64,000 nucleotides of DNA from the human T2T-CHM13v2.0 reference genome, Homo sapiens. The notes beneath the pieces are model-generated. The model had not been told where the DNA came from. It did no database searches and worked only from the letters and a program-made list of their open reading frames with translations. The DNA lies in assembly GCF_009914755.1 (NCBI RefSeq), contig NC_060933.1; one strand, 5' to 3'. The position numbers and the translations under genes were made by a program. Below, piece after piece: positions 31,490 through 48,754 of the stretch. Numbering within the stretch: position 1 is the first letter of the stretch; each line of letters starts with the position of its first letter.

Positions 31490-31890
31490 TCTTTTTGCGT
31501 TTTGATGTCCAGAATTGGGCATGCTAATTCAGGTGTGATCTGACCCGCATAGAGCAATAATGGACTACACCTCCCTCTCTCTGAACACAAGACTTATAAT
31601 AATGCAGCCCAAGCCTGCTTCAGCTTTATTGGCAGCTGACTTACATTCAACATGCCCTCAGTTCCTTGTTGACATGCACTGCAAATAAATCTGGTCTTTC
31701 CTATCATGTATTTGTAGAATTGATTCTTCTAAACCAAAGTAAAGAACGTTTTGTACTACCAAATTGTATCTGTATATTTCAACCCTTTCTTCTAGTCTCT
31801 CAAGATGTACTTTTTTGGTCCTAATCTTCTGATCTCATAGTTGCACTATTCCCTGACTACAGGCCCTTTATGAGTTGAATAAACCTGAAA
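31490..31890 (-). mobile_element. L3/CR1 LINE fragment
   Basis: ccagaattggg...caggtgtgatctgacc...gcatagag...aatgcagcccaag, resembling the CR1/L3 consensus. Confidence 0.6.
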
Positions 31891-32347
31891 AGGAGCAGGA
31901 GGTAAGAAAGGGAACAATAGTGACTGACTGCCTGCTACATGTCAAGCAACAGGACTAAACATTTATGTATGGTACAATCATTGAGTACATGTAAGACTGC
32001 AATTAAGTTGATGCTGATATCCATGTGTTAAATATCAATAAATTGATATCTTCAGGGATTGTCTTGAGAAAGATTGCACAGCCAGTACAGAGACGGGGTT
32101 GGTTGGGAAGTTTAACTGTGGCCCTTGTTATTCCCAGTATTCCATGCTAGGTATTCCCTTCTTTAAGACACTGACATTCATGTTGGAATAAAACTTGACA
32201 GCTAATGGGCAGAGAACCCTCTTCAGGGTGACATCAGACTGTGAATGAAAACTCTTTGAGAACATGTAATTGAATAAAAGTAAACCATCTTGACTATACT
32301 ATCAAGCAGCCTACAATTGTGCCCTTTGGAAAAAAACAAAACAAAAC

Positions 32348-32350
<3 letters not shown>

Positions 32351-32388
<38 letters not shown>
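32351..32388. repeat. (AC)19 microsatellite
   Basis: Read directly. Confidence 0.95.
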
Positions 32389-32390
<2 letters not shown>

Positions 32391-32920
32391 TTTGTTCATT
32401 CAATCTGTTGGGAGCCCATAATGTGCCTAGAAGTGGACATGCACTGGGAAGTGAAACAGAAATAGTTTCTGCCATCAGAGAGCTTACATTTAATTGGGAA
32501 GATTGAATATTCAAATAAACACATGCAGAAATTAATATACTTGTGAGAACCAGAGAGTTCTCACTAGGGAAAACCTAGCATGGAATCCTGGGAATAGAAA
32601 GACACTTAACTTCCCAGCAAACTCCATCTCCAAACTGGCTGTGTGACCTTGCTTTGTCAAATATCTTGGGTGCATTCAGATATCTGGTATCTGTGGTATA
32701 TCCCTGATCTTCCCATGCAACAAACCAACCCAAATAGAAATGCAATACATCTGGCATAATTTTTCTTCATGAACCCATGATGGCTTCTGGTGCTTCCAAC
32801 TTCCCTTCACATATTGACCATGTAAATTTGACAAACCCACCTCATTGTACTTGAGAATCATAATCAAGATTCAATAGTGCTTCACCATTTATTAGTAAGC
32901 TGGATAAAATCTGTCCTTCC

Positions 32921-33420
<500 letters not shown>

Positions 33421-34439
33421 TCAAGGCAGCCACTTCAAAGTAAATACTTAATACTTCTGTGTTAGAATTCCCCTTCTTATAAAATATCTTTATTCTCCCT
33501 TTCTTAGTTTTCAGGTTTTTTTCTTGATGTGTGACAAATCTGACAGAATCAGAATGAACTTAGTTCTTTACTTTCATCTGGTAATAAAGTTTCAGTTGTT
33601 TCATCCAATAGGACAACTATTTTCTTATTCTTATTGTTCCAAAAGCAATTTTAAAAGTTTGTTTTACCTTTGCTTATTTTCTTTCAAATTTGTCCACCAT
33701 GCATTGACAATTTTGAAGCCTCAGCCTTTCCGGGAGTATTCTCATGAGTTTGGGCTAAATTGTTTCACCTTTTTGGCCTTTTCTGTCATCTTTTAGTTTC
33801 CTATACAAGTATATCTTCTCCCTCTATGCTTCCCAATTTCCCTGCTCTTTTTAATTGTCTGTGATTATTTGTTCAGAATTTTATTTTTCAGAATCTTCTC
33901 TGAAATACGCCTATTTCACGTTGGAATCTGCTGCCATAGAACCAGGAAGATCTATCCTCTGCCATTAAAATGTTATGTATATATATGTTCATAAATTTTT
34001 GGTTATAATTTTTCATCTTTTGAAATAAAAAAGTTATTTCTTGCTTTAATAATATCCAGTGCTGTCTGGATATTATTTTATGAAATGATCATTTTCCTAA
34101 ATTGCTGCAAGCAGTGCAAATTTATACGGTCCTTTTGGGAAGCAATTTGGCAATATAAAAAAGAACCTTAAAAAATGCCCATCCATTTTGACCTGCTTCT
34201 GGGAATTCACCATAAGGGACCCATCCTAGACACAGGATGGGCTTTATGCACTGTTATACTCATTGCAACATTATTTATAAATATTGGAAAATGGAAAATC
34301 GCCTTAATATCCAACTTGAGGGGAATGGTTAATGATGTTAGAATATTAGGCTTTGATGATGATGATAAAATAATGTAGAAAATACTTACATTTCAATACA
34401 AGTTTTAAGAAAGGGGATAAAAACACAAATCCTATGTTA

Positions 34440-37910
<3,471 letters not shown>

Positions 37911-38520
37911 ATCATTTTTAAGTTGCATGTAGAAAAATATAAGTAAAGCTTGGAAAAAATAGGGCAAAATTTATATGTTAGTAGTTTTTGGAGGATGAGG
38001 TACAGAACATTTTCATTTTTGTTTATACTTTGGGGAATTTTAGAAACTCTTTTTAATGAACATTAGTCTTTTTTTTAAAAAAAAAAAAAAGTCTATGGGA
38101 TTTATCAGATTAAGGCCAGCTTTGTGTCCCTAGTCAAATGTGTGACTAAGATGTGTGTTTTAGTCTAATATAACTCATTATCGAATGACACTCTTATTGT
38201 TGGTCAGACTTACGGGCAGAGCAGTAATCCCAGAGGGATGAGTATCCTCACTTCTCCTCTGCATTTCAGGCATGAAATTAGAACACAGACAATTCAATAA
38301 TTTATCAGAAATTGTGTTTTTAGCATAACAATTCTTCCTGCAGCTGTCTGGAGAACTGAGGCCCTCATTGATACACTGCATTAGCTCTGAATTGTTTTGT
38401 ATATTCAAAATTCATGTTATATATCAATCATGGAATAGCAAAAAATTATTGAATTAGAGTCAGAAAACCTAAGTTTGAGGCTTTTTTGTTGTTTTGTTTT
38501 GTTTTTTAATTCTGTGTTAC

Positions 38521-39058
38521 TGTGGTAGCTTTATACATAGCCCTGAAATTCTTGACATACTTCTTACTGAGATACAGTATCTTCAATACTTGAATCTGGG
38601 AGGGCTTGTTACTGCTTTGACTAAAAGAAAATGACAGAATTGAGGCTATGTATCTTGCATGGCCAGGTCAGAAAAGGCCATGCAATGTCACTTAGTTCTC
38701 CTGGGACAGAAACCAGTCACTATCCAAGAAACCTGACTACTCAGAGATTAGCATTTTGGAGAGCCCACATGTAGGCACACCCGTCAACATCCCCATTGGA
38801 GCTCTTAGCCAACAACTGCACCCATTTCCAGCCATGTGAGGGGGCCATTTTTGATGTCCAGCTCAGTTGAGCCTTCAGATGACTACAGCCCCACCTGGTG
38901 TTTGGCTACAACTATATGAGACACCCCGAAGCAAGAACTGCCCAGCCAAGCCCTTTACAAATTCCTGACCCACAAAACTGTGGGCCAAAGGAAAAGGTTG
39001 TTGCTTTTAACCACAAAGCTTTGGGGTAATTTTGTATACAGCAATCATCACCATTAAC
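38521..39058 (+). mobile_element. MLT1 (H-type) solo LTR inserted into a MIR
   Basis: tgtggtag...gagccttcagatgactacagcccc...ttcctgacccacaaaactgtg...ttggggtaattttgtatacagcaat; MIR halves on both sides. Confidence 0.75.
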
Positions 39059-39112
39059 AGTGACCTTAAGTGAGTCACTTGAGCTCTCTAAACTCTAAGT
39101 CTCACATCTCTA

Positions 39113-39466
<354 letters not shown>

Positions 39467-39646
39467 TCACAAGTCTTAAGTGAGATAATACATTTAAAAG
39501 GATATTGGAAACCTTGGACAACAAATAGCTGTAGTTTCATTTATTCAAATATTGATTTGTTTACTCAACACGTTGTTTGAATGCCTACTACATATTAAGC
39601 CTGTGCAGTACGCTAGGGGTATAACTGTCAATAAGAGACAATTGCT

Positions 39647-40002
<356 letters not shown>

Positions 40003-40741
40003 TCAAGAATCCAGAAGGCAGAATGAAGTATAATAAGGCTACAGCATAGGCTAATGCAAGAGCTGTGGAACACATGGCAGGGCCTCACTCCTATCTCCTG
40101 GGGGTAGCAGAAAGAATGGTCAGGATATGAGATTAGGGTTGTGTGTGTAGTGAGGCATGAGAATGGAGGAAAGATGATCACACACAAGTGAAACAGAGAT
40201 TCTGGCTTGGCTCTAGCTTTCAGTCAGTAAGCTGAAACTAGTAAAAGAATGTGAACTTCTCTACAGAGATAAGGGTTTTCTTGTGAACCTATGTAGATTG
40301 GTCAGAACATACTTTTGAAGCATGATGGAGGCACTACAGGGTCTTTATCATGTGCATCTTTCTGGCCACACAAGAATTAAACAAACACACAATCAGGAAC
40401 AACAGATTCAACTGCTAACTTGAATAATCTTTGCCATTTGCTTGATCAAAGCTATAGACAATGTTAAGGGAAAAGATTTCATCAAAAGTTTTTTTTTTTT
40501 TTTAATTCTGCACAATGCTAGTCTAGGAGAATGGTGATTCTGGAAGGCAACAGTGGAAGCTTTGCTCCAAAGTCCTTGCAAAACTGCTCTTTCCAAGCTA
40601 GGCTACATGGGAATGTGCCTGCCTCCATGGCCTAATAGTTGTCCTGTGGCCAGTAGAGTTATTTCCAATTGTTCCTAAAAAGTCTCTCTGTGTGAGTGTG
40701 TGTGTGTGTTGATGGGGTTTTGAGGCAGTTCTGGCATGAGC

Positions 40742-40742
<1 letters not shown>

Positions 40743-40776
<34 letters not shown>
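40743..40776. repeat. Pure A34 homopolymer
   Basis: Read directly. Confidence 0.95.
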
Positions 40777-40779
<3 letters not shown>

Positions 40780-42189
40780 CTTTCCCATTCATCGTTTAAT
40801 TAGGTCTAACAATTACATAATGTAAGCAGAATGTCCTATTACTGATGTATAAAGCTTTATGCTTGGGAGATGACAGTAACAGATTCACAATCAACTCCTG
40901 GGTCTCTGGACCCAGTGTTCTTTCTCATACCTCTTGTGGACAATATGGTAATAGGATAATATGGTAATATGAATGCTTAAGCATGGGGACTGGTGGTGAT
41001 AACAGTGAGGTTTTCACAGCAGTCAAGAAATCAGGCAAGTGAAAAACAGAGAGGGGCTCATCTTTGGGATGGGGTACCTCAGTTTCCCCTTAGCTAGGAA
41101 AAATTCATTACTCTCTGTGGAAGACACATGAAAGTTTCTACACAAACACCAAACTTAACTAGCTCAGATCCAAGTGGAAGGGACTAAATGTAAGTTGCTA
41201 TTTGCACTTTTTCTTTTCTTTCTTGGACAAGTGTAGGGTTTTAAACAGCTCTGGGAGATGGGAAAAAAGCAAAGTGGAGAAAAAAAAAAAGAAAAGAACG
41301 AAGAAAGAGAAAAAAAAAAAACGCAACTCCACTAATACCCAAAGTTGTGTCAACAGGCTGTTTTAGGAAAGAATGAGGGACTTTGTTGAGAGTGGGAAGG
41401 GCTCCCCTCACCTACTGCCTCAAGATGTGAGCAGAGGCTTTTTCTCTCCCTGAGCTCCTGATATGGTTCCTGGCACATAGTAGGAGCTAACAAGTGTTGG
41501 CTAGAAGGAATAAATCAAGAGGAGTTCTCATCAGCACCCCCTACCCCATGGTACTGCAGATGTTTTGATGAGATGTTTTCCAATTTAATCCTGTTTGCTG
41601 AGTTATTAGCCTGTTAATCTCAAACATAAATAATCTACCATGTGCTGAGAGTCTGACTTTTTCTTTCCCTGAGCTAACAATCCCCAACAGCTCTTCTACG
41701 TTTCTATCCCAGGAGAAACAGTATGCTTTCTAAGCAGCCGTCACACTCCATCTTTCTTCAGACATGGCACTCATTCCCAGGGCGAACTTCGCAGGCTCTG
41801 GGGGTAAGAGCCACCCAAAGGCCCCTGCGTCTCATGGCAGCAGGGCAGAATGTAGGGGAAACCCCTTTTGAAAATCACCGTTATATTAAAAAAATAAATA
41901 AATAAATCCTGACCTCTTCACAAACCCAACGAGGAAAAAAGTGCCAGGTTGTTCAAAGGGATTCACTGACCAGTTATAAGGAAAGCTCAGTAGCCGAGAC
42001 CTAGGATTCTTGGGTCTACATCCTGGTTCTATCAGTGTTGTCATGCGGGTTTAAGTAATTTAATTTCCCTGTTTTCTTTTATAAAACAAAAGTAATTCTA
42101 TATTTCCCATATGGTTTGGAAAGCTACTATTCAGATGAGAGGACATCACATGGTTAAGCCAGAGTTCTTTTTTGCCCTTCCTAAGACAG

Positions 42190-43030
42190 CTACTGGCCCA
42201 GTTGCCCCCATCCTAGATCTCCAGTCATGAACTTACCCAGACCAAAACATGGTAGTCATCACTGATCCCTTTTTTTCCTCTCCTAGAGGACAGCCAATCC
42301 AGATCTAAGTCCCATTGTCTCTACCAAAAAATCCTAAGGTTTGATCATTTCTCATCACCTCCACAGCTGCAACATTAGATGAAGCTATCATCGTCTGTCT
42401 ATTTTACCACAAAATGGGCTTTCTGACACTCTCCAGGCTTCTACATTTATATTCCCAATGCCTATTCCATGCACAAAAGTTAGAGAGGTCAGATTATAAA
42501 TGTAAATCAAACCAAGTCCTTTCCCTGTTCACTAGTCTCCAATGGATGCTCATCAGCTGTAAAACAATACTCCAAAATCCACAGCTGGATCCTAATTATG
42601 TAACCCCAGGCTATTTTTCCATCTTTTTCTCTTCCTGCCCTTCTCACTCACCCTGGTCTTCCTGCAGGCCACTGAATACATTAACCTTGTTCTTGTCTCA
42701 GGGTCATAATACTGTTCTTTCTCTTCCTACAATGTTGTTTCTCCACAGGTCTCTGTGCAACTGTCACCTCCTCAAGAAGCCTTCTCTGACCACCCTAAGA
42801 TACTCCCTTCCTCCACCTCCTCACTCTATCTTTTTACCCTGTTTTATTTTTCTTCATAACATTTATTGCTTTCTGAGATGATGTCATATCTACGTTTATT
42901 GCCTCTCTCTTACAGAAGAATAGAACCTGCAGGAGTTCAGGACCTTTGTCTTTTTATCACCATACTCTGCATTCACTTAAGTGCCCAGCATTGGGTAGGC
43001 ATTCAATAAATACTTGTTGAATGAATGAAT
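42190..43030 (+). mobile_element. L2 3' region
   Basis: aaatgtaaatcaaaccaagtc; gaagccttctctgaccaccc; end gtaggcattcaataaatacttgttgaatgaatgaat. Confidence 0.8.
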
Positions 43031-43173
43031 AGATAATGCACAGAAAAATTTAAAGCTAAACAGTAGAAAGAAAAATTGTAAATTGCCCACTCTGCCTGCC
43101 CTCTCAAAACAGAAAAGGATTTACATGCAGGTTTGAAAACATCTTGCAAACACATATACTTTTGGAAACTCAC

Positions 43174-43197
43174 CTGTTTGTTTAAATGAGGAACTCT
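43174..43197 (-). other. Candidate unannotated 24-nt in-frame micro-exon (would add ESSSFKQT)
   Basis: Minus strand reads gcctaatcaaataaaattcatttctttcatctccccag|AGAGTTCCTCATTTAAACAAACAG|gtgagt, with TGCATG 45 nt downstream. Motif evidence only. Confidence 0.3.
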
Positions 43198-43897
43198 CTG
43201 GGGAGATGAAAGAAATGAATTTTATTTGATTAGGCATGGTGTGCTATTTCCCAATTGCTTCTGAGTTTGCAGAAACTGGCTTCAGGTTCAAGGAGTGGGA
43301 ATGCCCAAGCTTCCTGTAGCCAGGACAAGGAGGCCCCTATCATGTGTGTTGAGGAGAAGGTAAACTAGGGTGTGGCCTCCTGATGTCCTGACCCTCTCCA
43401 GCACCTCCTTCTCCTTACTCTCTCCTGCATCTCACAGCTTTCACTCCACAGCTTGCAATCAAGCCTACCCTTACAAGTGCTAGAAAGAACACATGCAATG
43501 ATTGGGAGCTAGATTTGAGTCCAACTTCTTCCTTCATGTCTGATTTTCAACAAATTATTAAACCTCTCTGAATCTTTTTAAATATAATTTTTACATTATT
43601 TGAAATATGAGAAAGAGACACTAATCCTCACCTCACCAGCCTTCCTCTGATAGATGGGATTTGCCAGAGACTGACAAAAATGAGGGCATCCCAATGTGAC
43701 ACAATGTGACACGCATGTTATCCTGAATTTCATAGGAAGATGGGGTTTGACTTTAGAAGCTTTCCTATGGGTAGATTTTGCAAGATGGAGGTGAATAAAC
43801 AAAATAGCACTATAGCACTAGAATGTGAAAAGGTAATTCCCTCACACAGCTATTATTTCATATGAAAGGAAATCATATATAGATATCTCTATATATT

Positions 43898-43901
<4 letters not shown>

Positions 43902-43979
<78 letters not shown>
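43902..43979. repeat. Compound (TG)16(TA)23 microsatellite
   Basis: Read directly. Confidence 0.95.
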
Positions 43980-43981
<2 letters not shown>

Positions 43982-44224
43982 CTGAGTATATATACTCAGA
44001 GATTATGTAATTGTGAAATGCTGAAAAATTACAAAATATTTTGGCTCCTATTGGGTGTGGGGGTGGGAATAAAACACTGGACTGGAAGAAGGTGGTGGCT
44101 CATTGGAAAACTTTGTCATATCTCTTAGTGAATGACTGGAAACTCACCTTCCCACACGTGTTCTGAGAACTTCCTGCACAATGAGTCATCACGTTATGAT
44201 GGCAAGTACTTGCTCACACCTACA

Positions 44225-46600
44225 ACATGCCCACTTTCTGGACCTGAACCAGTTTTCAGACTTGTATTCACCAACCAAAGGAGAGCCTGGGTGCCCATGA
44301 GGAAGGCCACCATGCCACAGTGAGTGTATACAGTAATGTCTCCTCTAGGCCTTCCTCAGAGGGACTTATGGACTTTTATTTGGACAATCATACACCAGAG
44401 GAAGAGGAACATCCAGACATTTCAAAGACCATTGAGTACAAGTTGACAGTGATAGCAGAGACCCCAGGCATACTTAGAGTCGGGGACCAAGGGGTTCCAG
44501 GTAACAGAATGGAGTCACAACCTAGGTGTAGCTCACAGTGGGAGGATCCTCTCCCTAGCCCCCAAATGTAGAATTGACACAGCCATACTTGGTGGCTGGA
44601 AGAATCCTCCTCTCATTGTTTCTTTGGACTCTGTGTTAAAACTATCATAATGGGGAAGGCAAGTGGAGACATTTCCATTGCCACCCAAGAGAGGAAACTA
44701 AAACTAAAGTCTCATCCTGTAGGTAATGGAAGCAATCAGTGCTATACTTACAGACTTTAAGGATGCATGAGTGATGGTCTGTATCATATTCACATTTAAT
44801 TCACCAGTCTTGTCCCTTCAAAATTCAGATGGATTCAGGAGGGTAACAGTGAGCTAATACAAACTCAAACAAATTGTAGGCCCAAGTTTTGCAGTTGTCA
44901 GATGTAGTGTCTATGCTACAGGTAATTAATACAGCCTGGGGTACACAGTATGTGTCCATTAATATGGAAAATAAGTTTTTTCTTTTCCATCTCTATCTGG
45001 TAAAATTATTAGAAGAAGTTCACATCCACATGGGGTAGGCATCACTACACATTTGTGGTCTTGCCCCAGGGCTTTATTAACTGTTCTACCCTCTGTCGTT
45101 ACATAATCTGAAGAACATGGACCATCTAGATATTTCACAGAGTATCACATTGGTCTATTATGTTGGTGCATCACTGGGCTAGAGGAACAAGAAAGGAAAA
45201 ATATGTTCAAGATTTTGGTAAGATATGTGCTTTAGAAGGTGTGAGATAAATCTTATGAAGAATCGGGGGTTCACTACATCAGTGAAAATTTTAGAGTTCA
45301 GCAGTCTGTGGCATGCCATAACATCCCTTGCAAAATAAAGAATAAATTACTGCATCTCACAGCTCACACCTCCAGGAAGGAAGCAGAATGCTTGGTAGGC
45401 CTCTTTTGATTCTGGAGACAGCAAATTACACACTTGGGAATATTTCCCTGACCCATTTTCCAAGTAGCATGGAAGGCTGCCAACTCTGAGTTGGATCACA
45501 GAACAGGAAAAGGTGCTGCAGCAGTTAGGCTGTGATGCAAACAACCCTGCCATTTGTTACCATATGACCCAGTGGACCTTGTATTAGTCCATTCTCACTC
45601 TGCTATAAAGAAATATCTGAGACGGACTAATTCATAAAGAAAAGAGGTTAAATCATCTCATTGTTCTGCTGGCTATACAGGTTTCTGCATCTGGGGAAGC
45701 CACAGGAAACTTACAATCATGGCAGAAGCCGATGGGGAAGCCAGTTCATCTTCACATGGCCAGCAGGAGAGAGACAGGGAGTGAGGGTAGACGTGCTACA
45801 CACTTTCAAACAACCAGAACTCCTGATAACTCACTCACCATCTTGAGAACAGCAAGGGGGAAATCCGCCCCCAAGATCCAATACCATCCCATCAGGCCCC
45901 TCCTCCAAAACTGGTCATATAATTTGACATGGGATTTGGGTGGGAATATAGAGTCAAACCATATCACCTGTAGGATAAGAGTTCCTGGTGATAATAAATA
46001 CTGTGTGGATTGCAAGTTCCAATCAGGAGACACACAATGTAGATCTCCTGCTCTCAGAGTAAGGTCATGCCTTCTGCAGCAGAAAGAATGCATTTGAAAG
46101 AAGGAACTTTCCCGTGAAAGTTTCAGGTATGCTATTGGATGCTATCAAGAAAACATGCAGCCATAATCTAGCAGAAGTCATGAGCTGGTTCTGTCAGACC
46201 CTCTGAGTCATGTGGTAGAGTATGACTCTCACATAAGATGAGAGTGGCAAATCACAATTAGGTCCAAGCAAGCTCAAGGGATACAAATAAACTGCAGTAG
46301 CAGATGGCCCAGGTCCCATAGCATCCACCACAATTGCACTAGTGCCTCTCACTCAGGTTGCATTTAGGGACACCTGGGAGTGGGGAGGGAAAAGGATAAG
46401 CTTATTTTGAGGAGAGGTATTGGCTCTGTATATGGATACAAGGATACAAGCTAAAAATAGGACCACTGCTAAGCAATGGGCAGCAGTCTGAAGTGTCCAC
46501 ATGGTCATTGACTTTGTGGGGAAAGAGAAGAGATTTAAGGTGTGGATGCATGATTCGATTTACTGGCTAGGGGCTTGACAGAGAAAGACAGGACAATCCT
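44225..46600 (+). mobile_element. Decayed ERV-L-class internal region (pol/RT remnant)
   Basis: FNSPVLSLQNSDGFRRVTVS*YKLKQIV from 44795 and YTFVVLPQGFINCSTLC from 45046 resemble ERV-L RT motifs; stops and frameshifts throughout. Confidence 0.75.
45580..45966 (-). mobile_element. MST (MaLR) solo LTR nested in the ERV-L remnant
   Basis: tgtattagtccattctcactctgctataaagaaata...ggaaacttacaatcatggcagaag...caaaccatatca. Confidence 0.85.
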
Positions 46601-46994
46601 CCCTTTTGCTTGTTCAACACCAACTTAAAAGACTTTATGAAGTCAACAGGGTGGCTACGGCTGTGTTCATTGCTGGTGGTGGGTTTATGGAGGAGGAGGC
46701 AAACAGAGACACTGTGGAACTTCCTCCTTCACTTTTAGCAGTTCAGACACATGCCACAACTCAGTGCTCCATGCGAAACATGTCCCAATTCCCCGGAGCC
46801 TGCTTACAAAGCTTTTAACCCTCAATGTCTTTCAAACTGACTTTGATCATCCACATAAAACAGAATAGCACCAACACACACAGACCAGATGAGGAGCAGA
46901 AAGCTCCAAAAGGGGCTGGAATCAGTGACCTCCAGGATACCCCTGGCCCTGAGATTACTGAAGAGGAAGCCAAGGATGGGAATATCTTCCTAGT

Positions 46995-47165
46995 GCAGTG
47001 GCTCTCTCACTTAATCATGTATCAGGATCACCTGTAAGGCCGTTAAAACACAGATCATCAGGCTCCACCCTACAGTGGCAGGGGCTGAGAATTTACAGTT
47101 CTGTCAAGTTCCCACGGGATGCTGATGCTGCGTGTTCAGGAGCTACCCTCTGAGAATCACTGTCC
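46995..47165. mobile_element. MER5A hAT MITE
   Basis: cagtggctctc...atcaggatcacctg...caagttccc...gatgctgatgctgc...tgagaatcactg. Confidence 0.75.
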
Positions 47166-48659
47166 CAGAGCAATGAGGATGCAAAAACAGACCTGTGGGC
47201 ACCACTCCAAGCTTTAGCACCCTGTGCTCAAGCAGAAGGCTTCCATGAGAGAGGCCATATGTGTCACAGTTAAGAGACTGGACTTTGGGGTTCAATTAAT
47301 CTGGTTCAAATCCAGGTTTTGCCACTGACCATCTATTTGACATTAGACAAGTGGGTCTTGCCTCGTGAGCCAAAATTTTCTCACCTGTAAAATATGGATA
47401 ATAATAATATATACACTATGAAAATATTGTGAAGTACAGTTAGATAACATATGCAAAATCAAAAGATGCATGGTAAGCTCTTGATAAATAAGAATACAAT
47501 GACAACACACGATGCTAGTGTTACTACCCTGTAGAGTACTGGCTGAATGTAAGAGGCTGTATTTCTACTGGCTCTAGCCCTTATTCTTTAATTTAAATAT
47601 TCATCTTTGGAGACTCAGAGAGGTAATTACATTAAGAGGCAAGCAAAGCAAAGAGACTGTAATTGGGACTGTAACTCCACCCTTCTCCATTCCTCCCTAC
47701 CCACCTCTCCTCAGCCCTCTTCTCCAAGGTCAGTTTGTTTAAATTCGGACTTGGACTTCACCAGGAATTGGTTTCACATTCTTCTTACTCACTGTATCAA
47801 ATGAGTATGAGCAGCCATATTCTTTCCTCTCATCTCTGCGACATGCCTGTCTGTGCTTTTGGAGGCTGATGTCACCACAGCAGTTAACTCACATGCCTGG
47901 CACGTAGCGTACACCCGAACAATATTTGTTGAATTGCATCGAATTTATAGGAATTAAGGAGACAGGATTTTGGATACATTTTCATCTCTGTGGTGCATGA
48001 CCTTGGATTAGCCACGCCCCCTTCTCCAGGTCTCAGTTTCTCACTTGTGAAAACAGGGATTTCTCAGGCTTCTTCCAGCTTAGCTATAGCATAGTGGGCA
48101 GAGATCTGAACTGGGAGTCAGTAAACCAGGGTTGGGGGCCCAGATATGCCACTAACTCATGGTAAAAAAGTTGCTTTCCCTCTCTGTGCCTCAGTTTTCT
48201 CATTTGTGTTATGGGACGATTTCTACATACCCACCTCCCACTCCACATTCCTGAATTTCATTTAAGGCCTTTTGAGGGTTCAAGGTCACAGCCTTTAAAC
48301 AGTATTTGCCATAACAGGAAAAAAGATATGATTCCTTCTATCATCTTGATGTGGCCACATTTTACTGGAGGCTTCTGGAATCTTGCTGGATAAAATCTCC
48401 CATAACAACTCACAGCAATAATGATCATTAATATTGTATATAATCATTAAAATAAGTAGCATCATATTACTTTCAACTTAAATGGTATCTTTTAGCTGAG
48501 AGTCTGCTGATGCTTTAGCATGACAAGTGAAGGAAAGGAGGCACTGCTGTTGGAGTTGCTCACTTAAATCTTCCTTACATGCATTTTAAACCTAAAGGAA
48601 GAGATGGGAGAAGTTATTTGATATAGCATTAGATTTTGTTTTAGAAGCTATTGCTTCAC

Positions 48660-48754
48660 AGAGGTTGAGGCTGTAGCGAGCCACCGTTGCACCACTGCAT
48701 TCCAGCATGGGTGACATAGCGAGACCCTGCCACCATGAAAAAAAAAAAAAAAAA
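48660..48754 (+). mobile_element. Alu 3' fragment (J-type) with poly(A)
   Basis: gaggttgaggctgtagcgagcc...gcgagaccctg followed by an A-run. Confidence 0.85.

Noticed and set aside
42414-42881. 155-aa ORF
   Set aside because: Lies within a decayed L2; low-complexity Leu/Ser composition.
44141-44170. Second possible micro-exon (AAG|GTGAGT donor, 15 nt after gttctcag)
   Set aside because: No real pyrimidine tract and an upstream competing AG; much weaker than 43174-43197.
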